DNA from: Nitrosopumilaceae archaeon
GTDB lineage: Archaea; Thermoproteota; Nitrososphaeria; Nitrososphaerales; Nitrosopumilaceae
NCBI GenBank assembly: GCA_965200155.1
Contig: CBDATR010000010.1
Coordinates: forward strand, 128,001-192,000
DNA: 64,000 nt
Direction of reading: 5' to 3'
Positions 1 to 11,476 of the stretch are shown here, one piece after another; the first letter of the stretch is position 1, and every line of letters begins with the position of its first letter. A model generated the notes under the pieces. It had not been told where the DNA came from. It saw only the letters and a program-made list of their open reading frames with translations, and made no database searches. Both the position numbers and the translations under genes were made by a program.

Positions 1-102
1 GAATCGTTCTATAGCCAATCTCAGTAATAGTACCCTGTCACCGCCGATGGCATCCGCGCCTGGCTTGGCGCCGAATCGTTTCATTACCAGTCTCAGTAAT
101 AG
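1..102. repeat. Repeat-insert-repeat: diverged 36-bp duplication around a 36-bp unique insert (31-66)
   Basis: GAATCGTT...TCTCAGTAATAG at 1-30 and 73-102 (period 72); the sister IS has one copy and no insert at 48212-48247. Confidence 0.7.
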
Positions 103-623
103 GGCGGCGTTCTCTGAGGTTGCATGCTCAAAGTGCCGCTCCGACTATACACCTGGATGCATCATCTATGAGATTCAGTCCCTTGAAGCGCTCATCTTTC
201 ATGGTATGCCAGTGCCACATTGCATTGGAATATTTACGCCCATAGCGTACCCACTCTGACTTTGCAGGTGATGAGCCTGCCGTACCGTTCTTTTTCATTA
301 TGCGATATACTGCGCGATATGTATTATGTCTCAGTCTCTTTGCAATACGTACTACTCCGGCGGGATCCTTGCTGTATGCTTCAGTTACCATTAGTATCTG
401 GGTGGCGGTGATTGGTATCATGAGCCTGCCCATCTTTACTCAAGTCGTTCCCGTGCTCTGGTTCACAATCTTCGTACGTGTCTTGTTTCAGGTCTTGAGC
501 TATTTTGGTTGTGGCAACGCCTCTTTTGTCTTGATTCCTCTGTTATTCTCTTTACCATATGGCTTGTGCAATCTGAACTACTGTACGCCGGATCCTAAGC
601 GGACTTACTTTTCGTACTATTGA
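1..623 (-). mobile_element. Decayed IS481/IS1202-like insertion sequence (rve integrase pseudogene), cut by window start
   Basis: Near-identical to 48212-48786; minus-strand fragments WVRYGRKYSNAMWH and LIDDASRCIVG resemble an rve core; same terminus ...CGTACTATTGA. Confidence 0.75.
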
Positions 624-677
624 CCTAAATTCACACACTGCAAATTCTGTCTTTGATTTTTCTTCAGCCAGAAAAAT

Positions 678-769
678 GTATGAGTTCACGTCTTCCGGAA
701 TCTTGTGCACAAATCACATTAACTGTCGCGATCAGTTGTGCGTAAATTTAGACACAGGTGAACTCATAC
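678..769 (+). mobile_element. 92-bp IS66-type MITE
   Basis: GTATGAGTTCAC...GTGAACTCATAC termini; TSD AGAAAAAT. Confidence 0.95.
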
Positions 770-846
770 AGAAAAATTGCATCCGTCCTACATATTATGT
801 GGATTTTACAACCATTATCTAAATAGGTGGAAACTCTACCACGACC

Positions 847-2616
847 ATGCAATACAGTATGGGGCGCGCGGCCGATATGTGCGGTGCCGCACTGGGCTTG
901 GTGCCTGCGGATACAGTCATTCGCGACTGCTCACTGGTATCTGTATATACGGGGGAGGTAATACCGGACACCGACATATCCGTGTACAGTGATCGTATAG
1001 CATATGTGGGACCGGATGCCGCGCATACCATAGGCCCTGATACAAAAGTGCTTGATGCCCGGGGCAAATATGCGACACCGGGACTTGCGGATCCACACAC
1101 TCACCTTGATCAGTTTATGACGCCATCTCCAACAGCTCGGGTGGTCCTGTTACACGGTACCACCAGCATGTTTTCGGATCCTATAGATATCACAGGCGTA
1201 GGTGGTTATCCCGGATTCCGATGGTTTCTACAGGCCTGCCATGATGCTCCGGTGCGTATATTCAACGGTATACCAGGTGGTATTCCAGTGGATCCGGATT
1301 TCAGCCATATCTCTGGCTTGGATGATAACCAGATTCAGGAAGCGCTTACAGATGATAATGTCTTTGGAATGGGCGAGGTCTTTGCGTGGACCAAGGTTAC
1401 TAACATGGATGCCACCACACTGCATGCCATAGACAGTACACGGGGAGCCGCATTGGTAGTTAATGGGCATACTGCGGGCATGGGCGGAAAAAAGCTTGCC
1501 GCATATGTTGCGTCGGGTATACGGTCGTGTCATGAGCCCATAGACTTTGATCAGGTCATAGAAAGGCTGAGGCTGGGAATGTACGTTATGGTGAGAGAGG
1601 GCTCCATACGACGGGATCTCCGGAATATAATGACAGAGGTTATGTCCAAAAAGGTGTATGCTGGCAGACTTATGTTCTGCTCTGATGGTCTCAACCCCTT
1701 GGACATGCAGGCGGGTCACATGAATCACTGCATACGCGAGGCCATCGATGTAGGAATAGATCCAGTGGAGGCCGTATCCATGGCATCTATGAACGTCTTT
1801 TCCTACTACAACATGGATGCCGAATTGGGAGGCATCGCCCCGGGGAGACTGGCAGATATACTGCTACTAGATGATCTGGACTCATTCCACATAGACTCGG
1901 TTCTGGTGGGTGGCCGGACTTTGGTGCGTGGAGGCAAAGTACTGGGTAACCCACATACAGATAAGATTCCACCATGGTTACTGAATACGGTAAGCTTGAA
2001 CAAAATTACTGCCGCAGACTTTGAGATAGTTCTTGATCAAGCCATCGACGGCCCTACAAAAGTCAATACAATAAACATGCGTACTGAGATTATAACAAGG
2101 CCGGGTATGGCAGAGACCCGTATACAGAATAATAGGGTGGAGGCGCCACTTGGCGCCTGGATGGTCGGGGCCTTTGATCGACTAAATAAAACTGGTAACC
2201 GGTCCTTGGGGTTCTTGGAGGGACTTGGAGAGGGAAATGGTGCGGTGGCAACTACTGCAACCTTTCATGAAAATGACATGGTGGTAATGGGGACTAATAG
2301 TCACGATATGGCTGTCGCGGCAAACCGTGTCATAGATGCGCGCGGTGGTGTGGCCGTGGTGCAATCCGGCAATGTAATTGCAACTCTTCCCATGCCCGTG
2401 GCCGGATTAATGTCCACAGAAGACGCAGATACGGTACGGGGGAAGTTTGAGGTCCTCATCAGCGCGATACACCACATTGGATGTGGATTCGACAATCCAC
2501 TCCAGATACCTCTATTCCTACCATTCCTGGCACTACCCAGTATCAGAATAACAAACCGCGGTATGATAGACGTAAAGAAAAAGTGCATCGTGCCGGTTAT
2601 GGACATTCCTGCATGA
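847..2616 (+). CDS. ade: Adenine deaminase (amidohydrolase family)
   Basis: 589 aa; DPHTH, GMGEV, NGHTAG, SCHE, REGS, CSDG motifs and the adenine-deaminase C-terminal domain. Confidence 0.9.
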   Translation: MQYSMGRAADMCGAALGLVPADTVIRDCSLVSVYTGEVIPDTDISVYSDRIAYVGPDAAHTIGPDTKVLDARGKYATPGLADPHTHLDQFMTPSPTARVVLLHGTTSMFSDPIDITGVGGYPGFRWFLQACHDAPVRIFNGIPGGIPVDPDFSHISGLDDNQIQEALTDDNVFGMGEVFAWTKVTNMDATTLHAIDSTRGAALVVNGHTAGMGGKKLAAYVASGIRSCHEPIDFDQVIERLRLGMYVMVREGSIRRDLRNIMTEVMSKKVYAGRLMFCSDGLNPLDMQAGHMNHCIREAIDVGIDPVEAVSMASMNVFSYYNMDAELGGIAPGRLADILLLDDLDSFHIDSVLVGGRTLVRGGKVLGNPHTDKIPPWLLNTVSLNKITAADFEIVLDQAIDGPTKVNTINMRTEIITRPGMAETRIQNNRVEAPLGAWMVGAFDRLNKTGNRSLGFLEGLGEGNGAVATTATFHENDMVVMGTNSHDMAVAANRVIDARGGVAVVQSGNVIATLPMPVAGLMSTEDADTVRGKFEVLISAIHHIGCGFDNPLQIPLFLPFLALPSIRITNRGMIDVKKKCIVPVMDIPA

Positions 2617-2655
2617 AATCCCAATGCGAATCAAAATAAAAATGTCTAACTTTCT

Positions 2656-2747
2656 GTATGAGTTCACGTCTTCCGGAATCTTATACACAAATCACATTAA
2701 CTGTCGCGATCAGTTATGCGTAAATTTAGACACAGGTGAACTCATAC
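2656..2747 (+). mobile_element. 92-bp MITE, no TSD, abutting a truncated IS
   Basis: Consensus match; flanks AACTTTCT/AAAATTAC differ. Confidence 0.93.
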
Positions 2748-3613
2748 AAAATTACTACTGGAAGGGTACCAAACCCCGCACTACTCCACAATATACAGAC
2801 GCGGAAGAGATCTTGACATAGACAAGGGGAATGGCATGATTATCGGCACAGACAAAAAGCTGACTAGAACCATGATTGTTGACTCGACCGGCCTTGAATC
2901 GTGGCGAGTGGATTAGGGCCAAATGGAAAAAGAGGCGCGGATTCATCAGTGCTCGCGGACGGTGAAAGCAAGAGAATACTCACATTTACGGTTACCGGCG
3001 AGTGGGTTGGGGATACGCGCATGTTAAACAATGCAGTACTGGGCTCGTATGCAGAAGAGCCACAACTGGACAGGGAGCACACCCTGGAATTGGAAAGTTC
3101 CGGACCCGTATGCCAGTTCTGGCAGGACCAACAGATAAGCCACCACCCGGAAACGCGCTGACTAACGGTGTGTCCCCCTCACCGAATAATGATGACAAGC
3201 GCGCATTTAATCTGGAATTACTTGCGGATGGCGTATACGCGTCCAGGGATAACATGAAATTGTGCAGTCATAATCGAATCCGGACAACCATTCCACTTCA
3301 GCTAAATTCCACCAAAGGAAAGGCAACTCATGGGGACTTGCAGTCTTGGAGGAAGCCCGGAATCGCCCATTTTCCGCCTTTCTGATGAGGAAAAGGTCGA
3401 AAACAAGCAGTACTAGAAGGCGGCAAAAGGGTACAACAGGCGATGGATAATCGAGATAATCATAGAACTGGTTCCCGTTCAAACGATTATTCGGACACGG
3501 ATTAATGGTGCGGAAATGGGATAACATACGAGTACAACTAGTTGGTGGACGCGGCAGCAACGTAGATTACGACATGGGGAACCGGTATTCTGTCAAAGTC
3601 AGTTATGCAACAA
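2748..3613 (+). mobile_element. Decayed IS5-family (IS903-like) element, 5'-truncated
   Basis: Frameshifted DSTGL, GEWIRAKWKKRRGF, LLADG.Y and YNRRWIIE motifs; terminus AGTTATGCAACAA; homologous to 13741-14662 and 39220-39820. Confidence 0.8.
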
Positions 3614-3739
3614 GCTTCCATTACCGTTTAAGGGCCCTCGAGCAACCGTTTGAGGACCATAAATTTTGCGTTTTCCATCAGGGCATTCCCTGTATGAGCG
3701 ACCTAAACGGCTACTGTCAGTGGCTTGCGGTGATTTAAG

Positions 3740-3831
3740 GTATGAGTTCACGTCTTCCGGAATCTTATGCACAAATCACATTAACTGTCGCGATCAGTTA
3801 TGCGTAAATTTAGACATAGATGAACTCATAC
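3740..3831 (+). mobile_element. 92-bp MITE
   Basis: TSD GATTTAAG. Confidence 0.95.
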
Positions 3832-3886
3832 GATTTAAGTGCAGGTTGAGCTTGAGTACGATTTTCGTGAATAGTTGTTTTTAAGT

Positions 3887-4796
3887 ATGCTGCAAATAAT
3901 GATGGATATGGATATTTACGCTGAACTCAGGGATCTGGGCTATCTGGGTGTCGGAAATAAACACGGTATAAGACGATTGTGGGATTGGTGTGATGAAGAG
4001 CAAAAACAAAACATGTTGAAGGAGATTGGCTACACGCGCATTGCAGATGAAATAGGTATGGAGAAGCTGTGGGATTGTATGAGTTCACCTGTGTCTAAAT
4101 TTACGCATAACTGATCGCGACAGTTAATGTGATTTGTGCATAAGATTCCGGAAGACGTGAACTCATACGTGTGATTGGTGCAATGGTCGGTGGTTCAAGA
4201 ACAAGCGTGACTCCATGTTGAAGGAGATTGGCTATGCCCGCATTGGAAACGAGATAGGCATGAAGCAGTTATGGGATTGGTGCAATGGTCGGTGGTTCAA
4301 AAACAAATGTAATTCCATGTTGAATACGGATGGCTACACGAGGATTGCGGATGAAATAGGCGCGGAGAAGCTGTGGGATTGGTGCAACAAGGAGCAAAAG
4401 AATATCATGATAAACGAAATAGGTTATGATCGAGCCGTGGTCGAGATAGGCACGATGTCCCTATGGGTTAATTGCGCCGAGATACATAGGGGCGCAATGG
4501 TAGATAAATTTGGATATTCGCGTATCAGCAGCAAGATAGGTATGGCTCGCTTGTGGTTCTGGTGTGATGACTCACGCCAGAGTGATATGCTGAATGAATT
4601 GGACTATGACTATGAACGCCTTGCAAAAGATATCAGTATGGAACACATGTGGGATGGCGCCCGTCGTATACACAAGTATACAGGATCACGTCGATTCTTT
4701 CTCGATGCGATGCAATTCCCTGAGGTATACATAGATCATGAATATACAGGTTTTATTGAGTGGTTCTTCGACCAACACCCTAACATGACATTATAA
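3887..4796 (+). pseudogene. Trp/Cys-rich tandem-repeat protein interrupted by a MITE
   Basis: 33-37-aa repeats (EIGY.RI..EIG.EKLWDWC); removing the 100-bp MITE+TSD joins ORFs 3875.. and 4215.. in frame. Confidence 0.75.
4077..4168 (-). mobile_element. 92-bp MITE inside the repeat-protein gene
   Basis: TSD GTGGGATT/GTGTGATT (1 mismatch). Confidence 0.95.
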
Positions 4797-4906
4797 TTAG
4801 CAAATACTCGTGGTGTAGACCACACACTATCGAGAATTAAAAGTTCTTCCCGATTCTAGCAGTCAGTTGCTGACCATGCGTGTACGATCATAATAGCATT
4901 TTGGCA

Positions 4907-4998
4907 GTATGAGTTCACCTGTGTCTAAATTTACGCACAACTGATCGCGACAGTTAATGTGATTTGTGCACAAGATTCCGGAAGACGTGAACTCATAC
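4907..4998 (-). mobile_element. 92-bp MITE
   Basis: TSD TTTTGGCA. Confidence 0.95.
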
Positions 4999-5010
4999 TT
5001 TTGGCAACCG

Positions 5011-5043
5011 AAAAAACGCCCTCACTTTGTAAGGGCGTTTTTT
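5011..5043. terminator. Perfect 12-bp stem hairpin with A/T tails (terminator-like or IS end)
   Basis: AAAAAACGCCCT-9 nt-AGGGCGTTTTTT. Confidence 0.45.
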
Positions 5044-5117
5044 TGATACCAAAATGCGTTCTCCTCCTAATTGGTCCATTTGTATACCATGATCATTAGG
5101 TATCGGTTGTATTGCTG

Positions 5118-5236
5118 GTATGAGTTCACCTGTGTCTAAATGGAACGGGTCATTCTATAACTGATCGCGACAGTTAAAGAGTAACCGGTTCTTTTGTGCA
5201 CAAGATTGGAACCGGTTCCAAGACGTGAACTCATAC
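5118..5236 (-). mobile_element. MITE variant (119 bp) with three short internal replacements
   Basis: Consensus termini; internal GGAACGGGTCATTCT, AGAGTAACCGGTTCT, GGAACCGGTTCC. Confidence 0.9.
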
Positions 5237-5238
5237 AT

Positions 5239-5284
5239 CTACTGTACACCGGATCCTAAGCGGACTTACTTTTCGTACTATTGA
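5239..5284 (-). mobile_element. Solo terminus of the IS481/IS1202-like element
   Basis: CTACTGTACACCGGATCCTAAGCGGACTTACTTTTCGTACTATTGA matches 578-623 and 48741-48786. Confidence 0.8.
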
Positions 5285-8200
5285 AGAATCGCTCAGCCAA
5301 TACAATATACTAGGGTGGGAATCATTCCAGGAATAGTGGAAACTTTTGATCAAGCATTAGCAAGGCTACGTGCGGAGACCGATGATGAAAAGGATATCAG
5401 CCACAAGGGCAGTAAAGTTAGCAAGACCGAACGCGGTATCCGATTTGAGAAACTAATGCTACACTACTTCAAGAATGACAGCATATACAAGAATGAGTTC
5501 AAGGAAGTAAAACTATTCCATGACTGGTATCGTGAACCGGACATTGGAATTGATCTGGTTGCCAGAGACAAAGATGACAAGTTAGTTGGCATTCAGTGCA
5601 AGTGCTGGAATGATGATTCCAGTATCCACGAGAATCAGATTTCAAACATGTTTGTCGTAAAGGAGAGCAAAAAAATGGACAGACTCATTCTTGTATTCAC
5701 AGGGGCGCACGTAAGCAGGAATATTGTAAAACCGTTCGAAGAATCCGGTTACCCAATACTCATGAAGGCTGATCTCCGCCAGAGCAGAATTGACTGGAGT
5801 GGAATGAAGAGAGTAGTGAAACCAAAGACATTACAAGATCACCAGAAGGAAGCAGTTCAAAGAGTAGTCACCGGACTACAGGGTGCAGATCGCGGTAAGC
5901 TCATCATGGCATGTGGAACTGGCAAGACCATAACATCACTCCATATCGCAGAAACCATTCCAGGGAAAGATGGTCTTGTTCTATACTTGGTACCGTCACT
6001 ATCACTGATACCGCAGGCGATGAGAGAGTGGGCAGATAACCGTTCCATTATTCATCAGTACATGGCAGTATGCTCTGATTCATCTGCCAGTGCAGATGAG
6101 GAGGGTTCCATAACGGAGTGTCCTATACCTCCGTCCACAGATGTGGAAACGATAAAGAAGCAACTACATTCTATGGAGAAGCGGAAAGGTATGCGTGTCA
6201 TATTTTCCACGTATAATTCCGTAGAACGAATAGCACAGGCAATGAATGGTGAATTTGACCTGATTCTATTTGATGAGGCGCATCGTACCACCGGACTGGA
6301 CAGGATAAAGGAGTCATACTATCTAATGGCTCATGATAATGACAAGATTCCTGCCAAGAAGCGGCTATACATGACTGCCACCCCTCGGATATACAAGAAA
6401 GCCGCAAAGAAGCAGGGTGCAGAGAAGGATCTAAAGGTTTACTCCATGGATGATGTCAAAATATATGGTGAGGAGTTATACAGGCTGGATTTCTCCGAGG
6501 CTATACAACGGAACTTGTTATCCAGTTACGGGATAATAATGCGTGAAGTTAGCACATCCGACATATTTGGCCGGTTCATAAAGAGAGGAGAACATGATGA
6601 GAATGACTATGGGAATCTTGACTTTGATTTTACAACAAAGATGGGCGGCGTATGCAAAGCCCTGACATATCCTGATGGTGATGAGTCACCGCCACGACCA
6701 CTCCAGAGAGTGATGGTATTTCATGATAGAGTAAAAAAGTCCAAGTTGTTCGCCGGACATGACCTCGGCGAAAAAGTCAGGAAACCACTAAAGCTGGACA
6801 AGAACACCAAGAAGGCATTACAATTTGATGAACTAACGGAGCGACTCATGGAAACAGACCCAAAGCTTGACGGGTTCAAAACAAGCACAAAGCACGTGGA
6901 CGGCGGCACTAACTCACGGGATCGGGGGGAGCGGATAAACTGGTTACGAGATAGTGTAAGTGACCCCAAAGAGATTCGCATACTCAGCAACGCTAGGTGC
7001 CTCCAGGAAGGTGTGGATGTTCCCGCTCTTGATGCTGTTGCATTCATGGACCCCAAAAAGTCGCCCATCGATATCATACAGAGTATAGGAAGAGTCATGC
7101 GAAAATCAAGGGATGGTAGCAAAAAGAAAGGTTATGTGATAGTGCCCATTCCTGTTATGGAGGGCGATAACCCCAAGAATACTCTTAACAAGAACAAAAA
7201 GTATGAGCAGATAAGCCTGGTATTGAATGCCATTCTGGCACATGATAACAGATTGAGAAACATACTGAACATTCAGATGTTATCAAAAACATCCAAGAGT
7301 AAGAAACACCGACCGGCTGATGAGCAAGAGATAACACCACAGCTTCAGGAGTGGATAAAGAATACCATTGAGGTTGACAATAATGACGAATTACTCCAGG
7401 ACATAAAGACCATCCTGCTGGATATGGGTGACCCAGGATTTTATGTAGATGTTGGTGAGAAGCTAGGTGAGCAGTCCATCATAATAGAAATGATGCTAAA
7501 AGAGAGAATGAAGGTACAGCCGGATACCAAAGATATCATTCATGCTCTACATGAAGACTTACAGTCGGTGGTTGGTAAAACAATAACGATAGCAGACACT
7601 GTAAAAGCACTGGCACAACATGCTGTTATGGCGCGAGTATTTACTGCATTGTTCCCGGAACACCATAATCCTGTTGTGTCTGCATTTAATGGCGTCCTGG
7701 ACAAGATAGATGTACGAGGACAGCTTGAGAGCTTGGAGAAGTACTATGTCAAGATAAAGTATGACCTAGAACAGCTTAGTGACACGGAACAGAAACAGGA
7801 GTTCATTCGAAATATTTACGACTCTTTCTTCCGAGGGGCAGACAGAAAGGCTGCAGACAAGCACGGAATAGTATACACACCCATTGAAGTAGTGGATTTC
7901 ATTATATCATCAGTCTCACATATACTGAGAACGGAGTTTGGGAAAACATTCGATGATAGAACGGTAAAGGTGCTGGACCCGTTCACCGGTACCGGGATAT
8001 TTATCGCCCAGTTAATAGAGCGAGGAATGATCAGTGATGATGCACTACCTGACAAGTACCATAATGATATTTACGCGAATGAAATAATGCTGCCGGCATT
8101 CTATGTAGCCATGTCCAATATCGAGGCATCATATCAGAAAATGATGGGTGAATACACACCATTTGATGGGATATCATACATAGATACATTCGCACAGCAC

Positions 8201-8303
8201 CCCTCATACAGGCTGGATGCCGAACAGCGTAAGAAGCAGATCAAGATTACAGATGATTCCCTGGAGGAAGCCATGACTAGGGTGAAACGGCAGAATATGG
8301 ATT

Positions 8304-8395
8304 GTATGAGTTCACGTCTTCCGGAATCTTATGCACAAATCACATTAACTGTCGCGATCAGTTATGCGTAAATTTAGACACAGGTGAACTCATAC
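8304..8395 (+). mobile_element. 92-bp MITE disrupting the type ISP gene
   Basis: TSD TATGGATT. Confidence 0.96.
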
Positions 8396-9530
8396 TATGG
8401 ATTACGTCAATGTCATAGTCGGGAATCCACCATATAGTGGCGGTCAGAAAACAGAGGGTGATGATAATAAGAATGTCTCGCATACGGATCTGGAAGATAG
8501 TGTGTCAAAGACATACATCAAAAACGCGCCCAAAGGGAATGTAAATCATCTATACAACTCCTACATCAAGGCATTACGCTGGACATCTGATAGAATCGGT
8601 GATTCCGGGGTTATCGGTTTAATCACACCATCCGCATATATCACTGGGAATAGTGAAGCAGGTATACGCGCCTGTCTTGGAATGGAGTTCACCGACATAT
8701 ACTGCTTTGACTTGAGGGGCGATGTAAAAGGTAAGCAGGATTGGAGACGAGAGGGTGGTAAGATATTTGGGAGTGACTCAACTGTGGGCACCGCTATAAC
8801 CATCCTGGTGAAGAACCCCGCCAAACATCATTCTACGATTCACTATCATGACATCGGCGACTACATGAGTAGAGAGGAAAAGTTGGAAATCATAAAAGAA
8901 CATGGTTCCATTGCAGGAATGGAATGGGATATCATAGAACCGGACAAATACCATGACTGGTTGAATAAGCGTGAATCCAGTGATGAGTGGGATTCCATGA
9001 CTGGAATGGTAAATAGTGAAAGAACACATGACAAGAAAGTTGGTACATTGTTCCATACGTATTCTGGTGGCATTCTCACAGCAAGAGATGTCTGGGTGTA
9101 TAACACATCACTTCAAAAACTGAAAAACAACATGAAGATAACAATAGAACATTGTGCCAAGCAGGACTTGAAGAAAAATTTTGACAAGGATAAGAAATAT
9201 GTTGCATGGAATGAAGATCTTCAGAATAGTATACGGAAACTAGATGAACCACTAATGTTCCATGATACCAACATTAGAATGTCTCTGTATAGACCATTTT
9301 TCAAACAATATCTCTATTTTGATACGACTTTTATCACCAACACATACCGTATACCCTCATTCTATCCGCGCCCAGACTCCAAGAATGTTGCAATCTTGGT
9401 ACCTGATAAAATAAAGGGTGAATTCTCAACATTAGTCACCGATATAACACCAGACCTCCATGTAAATGAAACATCTCGCTGTTTACCCTTGCGTACAAAG
9501 AACAAAAATAATGAGAACACCCACAAGGTA

Positions 9531-9586
9531 AGTCCACCAGTCCACCAGTCCACCAGTCCACCAGTCCACCAGTCCACCAGTCCACC
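9531..9586 (+). repeat. (AGTCCACC)7 simple sequence repeat in the type ISP specificity region
   Basis: Seven perfect octamer units. Confidence 0.95.
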
Positions 9587-9730
9587 ATACGAGAACCTGG
9601 CGATAATAGTACCCAACAAGATCAAGGGCGAGTTCTCAGTATTCATAACGGGAATGACGCCGGATCTACAAGTGGTGGCAAACGGCCGAGTATTTCCCAT
9701 GTTCACACAGTCACCGGAGGTGACTATTCC

Positions 9731-10399
9731 ATGAAGGATAACATTACAGACTGGGCGCTCAAACAATACCAGAACCGATACCATGATGATACTATCACGA
9801 AGGAGGATATCTTCTACTATACGTATGGGATTCTACACCACCCCGGCTATCGTACCAAGTACCAGGTATTTCTCGTTCGTGGTTTACCAAGCATACCCAT
9901 GGCACCCGATTTCCACTCATTCATGAAAGCAGGTAGACAGCTAGCTGACTTGCATCTCAATTATGAGACCGGCCCCCGTTACAACCTGGGCGAGTCGCTG
10001 GTTACAATACCTGACGCTCCAAAGAAGATAGCCTTTGGTAAGAAACCCAATGACGGTCCCGGACCAAAGGGAATAGTTGATCAATCCAAACTACTACTGG
10101 ATAACGTGTTAGTATACGATAACATACCAACAATCCATTACTCAGTCAATGGTAGAACGCCTGTAGGATGGTTCGTTGATAGATACAAGTATCGTTCCAA
10201 TGCAGAGAGTGGCATCACGAATTATCCACTAGAGGGTGTGAATGGTGACATGGTACGCGCCATAATAGAGCGGTTGGTCTATGTGGGAATAGCGTCAGAC
10301 AGGATCATATACCAACTACCAGAACAGTTCGAAATGGAATCATCATTGCAACCAGAACCAACCGGCCTGGACAAGTACTACAAGGCGCCTATTCCCTAG
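9731..10399 (+). CDS. Type ISP C-terminal specificity-domain portion as a separate ORF
   Basis: DNITDWAL, ITKEDIFYYTYGILH, GRQLADLHLNYE, YSVNGRTPVGW; ATGA overlap, upstream GGAGGTG. Confidence 0.8.
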   Translation: MKDNITDWALKQYQNRYHDDTITKEDIFYYTYGILHHPGYRTKYQVFLVRGLPSIPMAPDFHSFMKAGRQLADLHLNYETGPRYNLGESLVTIPDAPKKIAFGKKPNDGPGPKGIVDQSKLLLDNVLVYDNIPTIHYSVNGRTPVGWFVDRYKYRSNAESGITNYPLEGVNGDMVRAIIERLVYVGIASDRIIYQLPEQFEMESSLQPEPTGLDKYYKAPIP

Positions 10400-10567
10400 A
10401 ATATTTGTCTAGCGTATATGGGGCGCTGTTAAGAAGTATGTACATAGAGAATAGTGTTAACATGAGTTGGAATGATCAGTCTTTTGAAGCGTTCCGTATC
10501 ATAGTAAGGCACTTGTCCTCGAAAATTTAACTCACTAGGTAACCGGCATAAGGAGTCGCGGCATTCT

Positions 10568-10851
10568 GGGCGCCATAAGGAGCATGGCGGATATGTGATC
10601 AATAGTAACCAGGGCGGGGGCGTCATGACATATGGATATCACCATAAGAGCAGTGGCGTATAGTCAATAGTATAAGCCCAGGGGCGTCATGACATATGGA
10701 TATCACCATAAGAGCAGTGGCGTATAGTCAATAGTATAAGCCCAGGGGCGTCATGACATATGGAGATCATAAGGAGCAGTGGCGTATGTGGAAATATGGG
10801 GGCGCCATAAGGAGCAGTCATATGATCAATAGTATAAGAAGCCCAGGGGCG
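10568..10851. repeat. 64-bp tandem repeat (2 perfect units plus degenerate flanking units)
   Basis: Units start at 10617, 10681, 10745; sub-motifs CCATAAGGAGCAG and CAATAGTATAAG recur. Confidence 0.85.
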
Positions 10852-11476
10852 TGCCGGCAGCTAAATAACAGGTGGTATACGAATGATCATATACAATAGA
10901 ATGCACAAATTAGTTAGCAGAGTAGTAAGAAGGGGGGCGTGTATAGAGGTCCGTATAGGATCAGTGCCCTGAAATTTTTGCCAGCATGGAATTTGAATCA
11001 CATAGCTGATAGTATAGAAAAAAGCCGCCCAAGTTTGTATGGAAAATTTTTCAAAATAAGCACTTAAGTCAATAGAAGTCACAATATAGACAATGAAGCA
11101 GATAAGAGTGTGCCTGGACATACCAGTTTGAAGAATGTGTGTAGTAATAGACGCGGCAAGCACTGGACTGTGAGCATCACCAGGGTTCACTTCTTTTTCA
11201 CTTATCCTATATTACTCCCCATTACCACATCCCCGCCTTGTAAAACTGAATCGCTACCATTTGCCCACAAATATGATTATGAGTGATATCATATGGAACA
11301 GGCGCTATTGGTACACGCACTCCATCATTCTGTGGGGTCTTGCAGTGCCATCTTGTGCCACATTTCGTGTTTTATTGAGTGATTTTTAATTATTTATTAT
11401 AGTATATTATTAATACTATGGATACTAACAATACTATGTAAGTAATTAATAATAACTATATTAGCATATCATTATC

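Larger units (their letters stand above)
5315..9734 (+). pseudogene. Type ISP (LlaGI/LlaBIII-like) restriction-modification enzyme split by a MITE
   Basis: Mrr-like nuclease (GIDLVA..QCK), SF2 helicase (MACGTGKT, DEAH, IQSIGRVMR), m6A MTase (DPFTGTG, GNPPY); removing 100 bp at 8304 fuses the 1018- and 445-aa ORFs in frame. Confidence 0.9.

Noticed and set aside
10568-10851. Possible CRISPR array
   Set aside because: Units are contiguous and identical, with no unique spacers.
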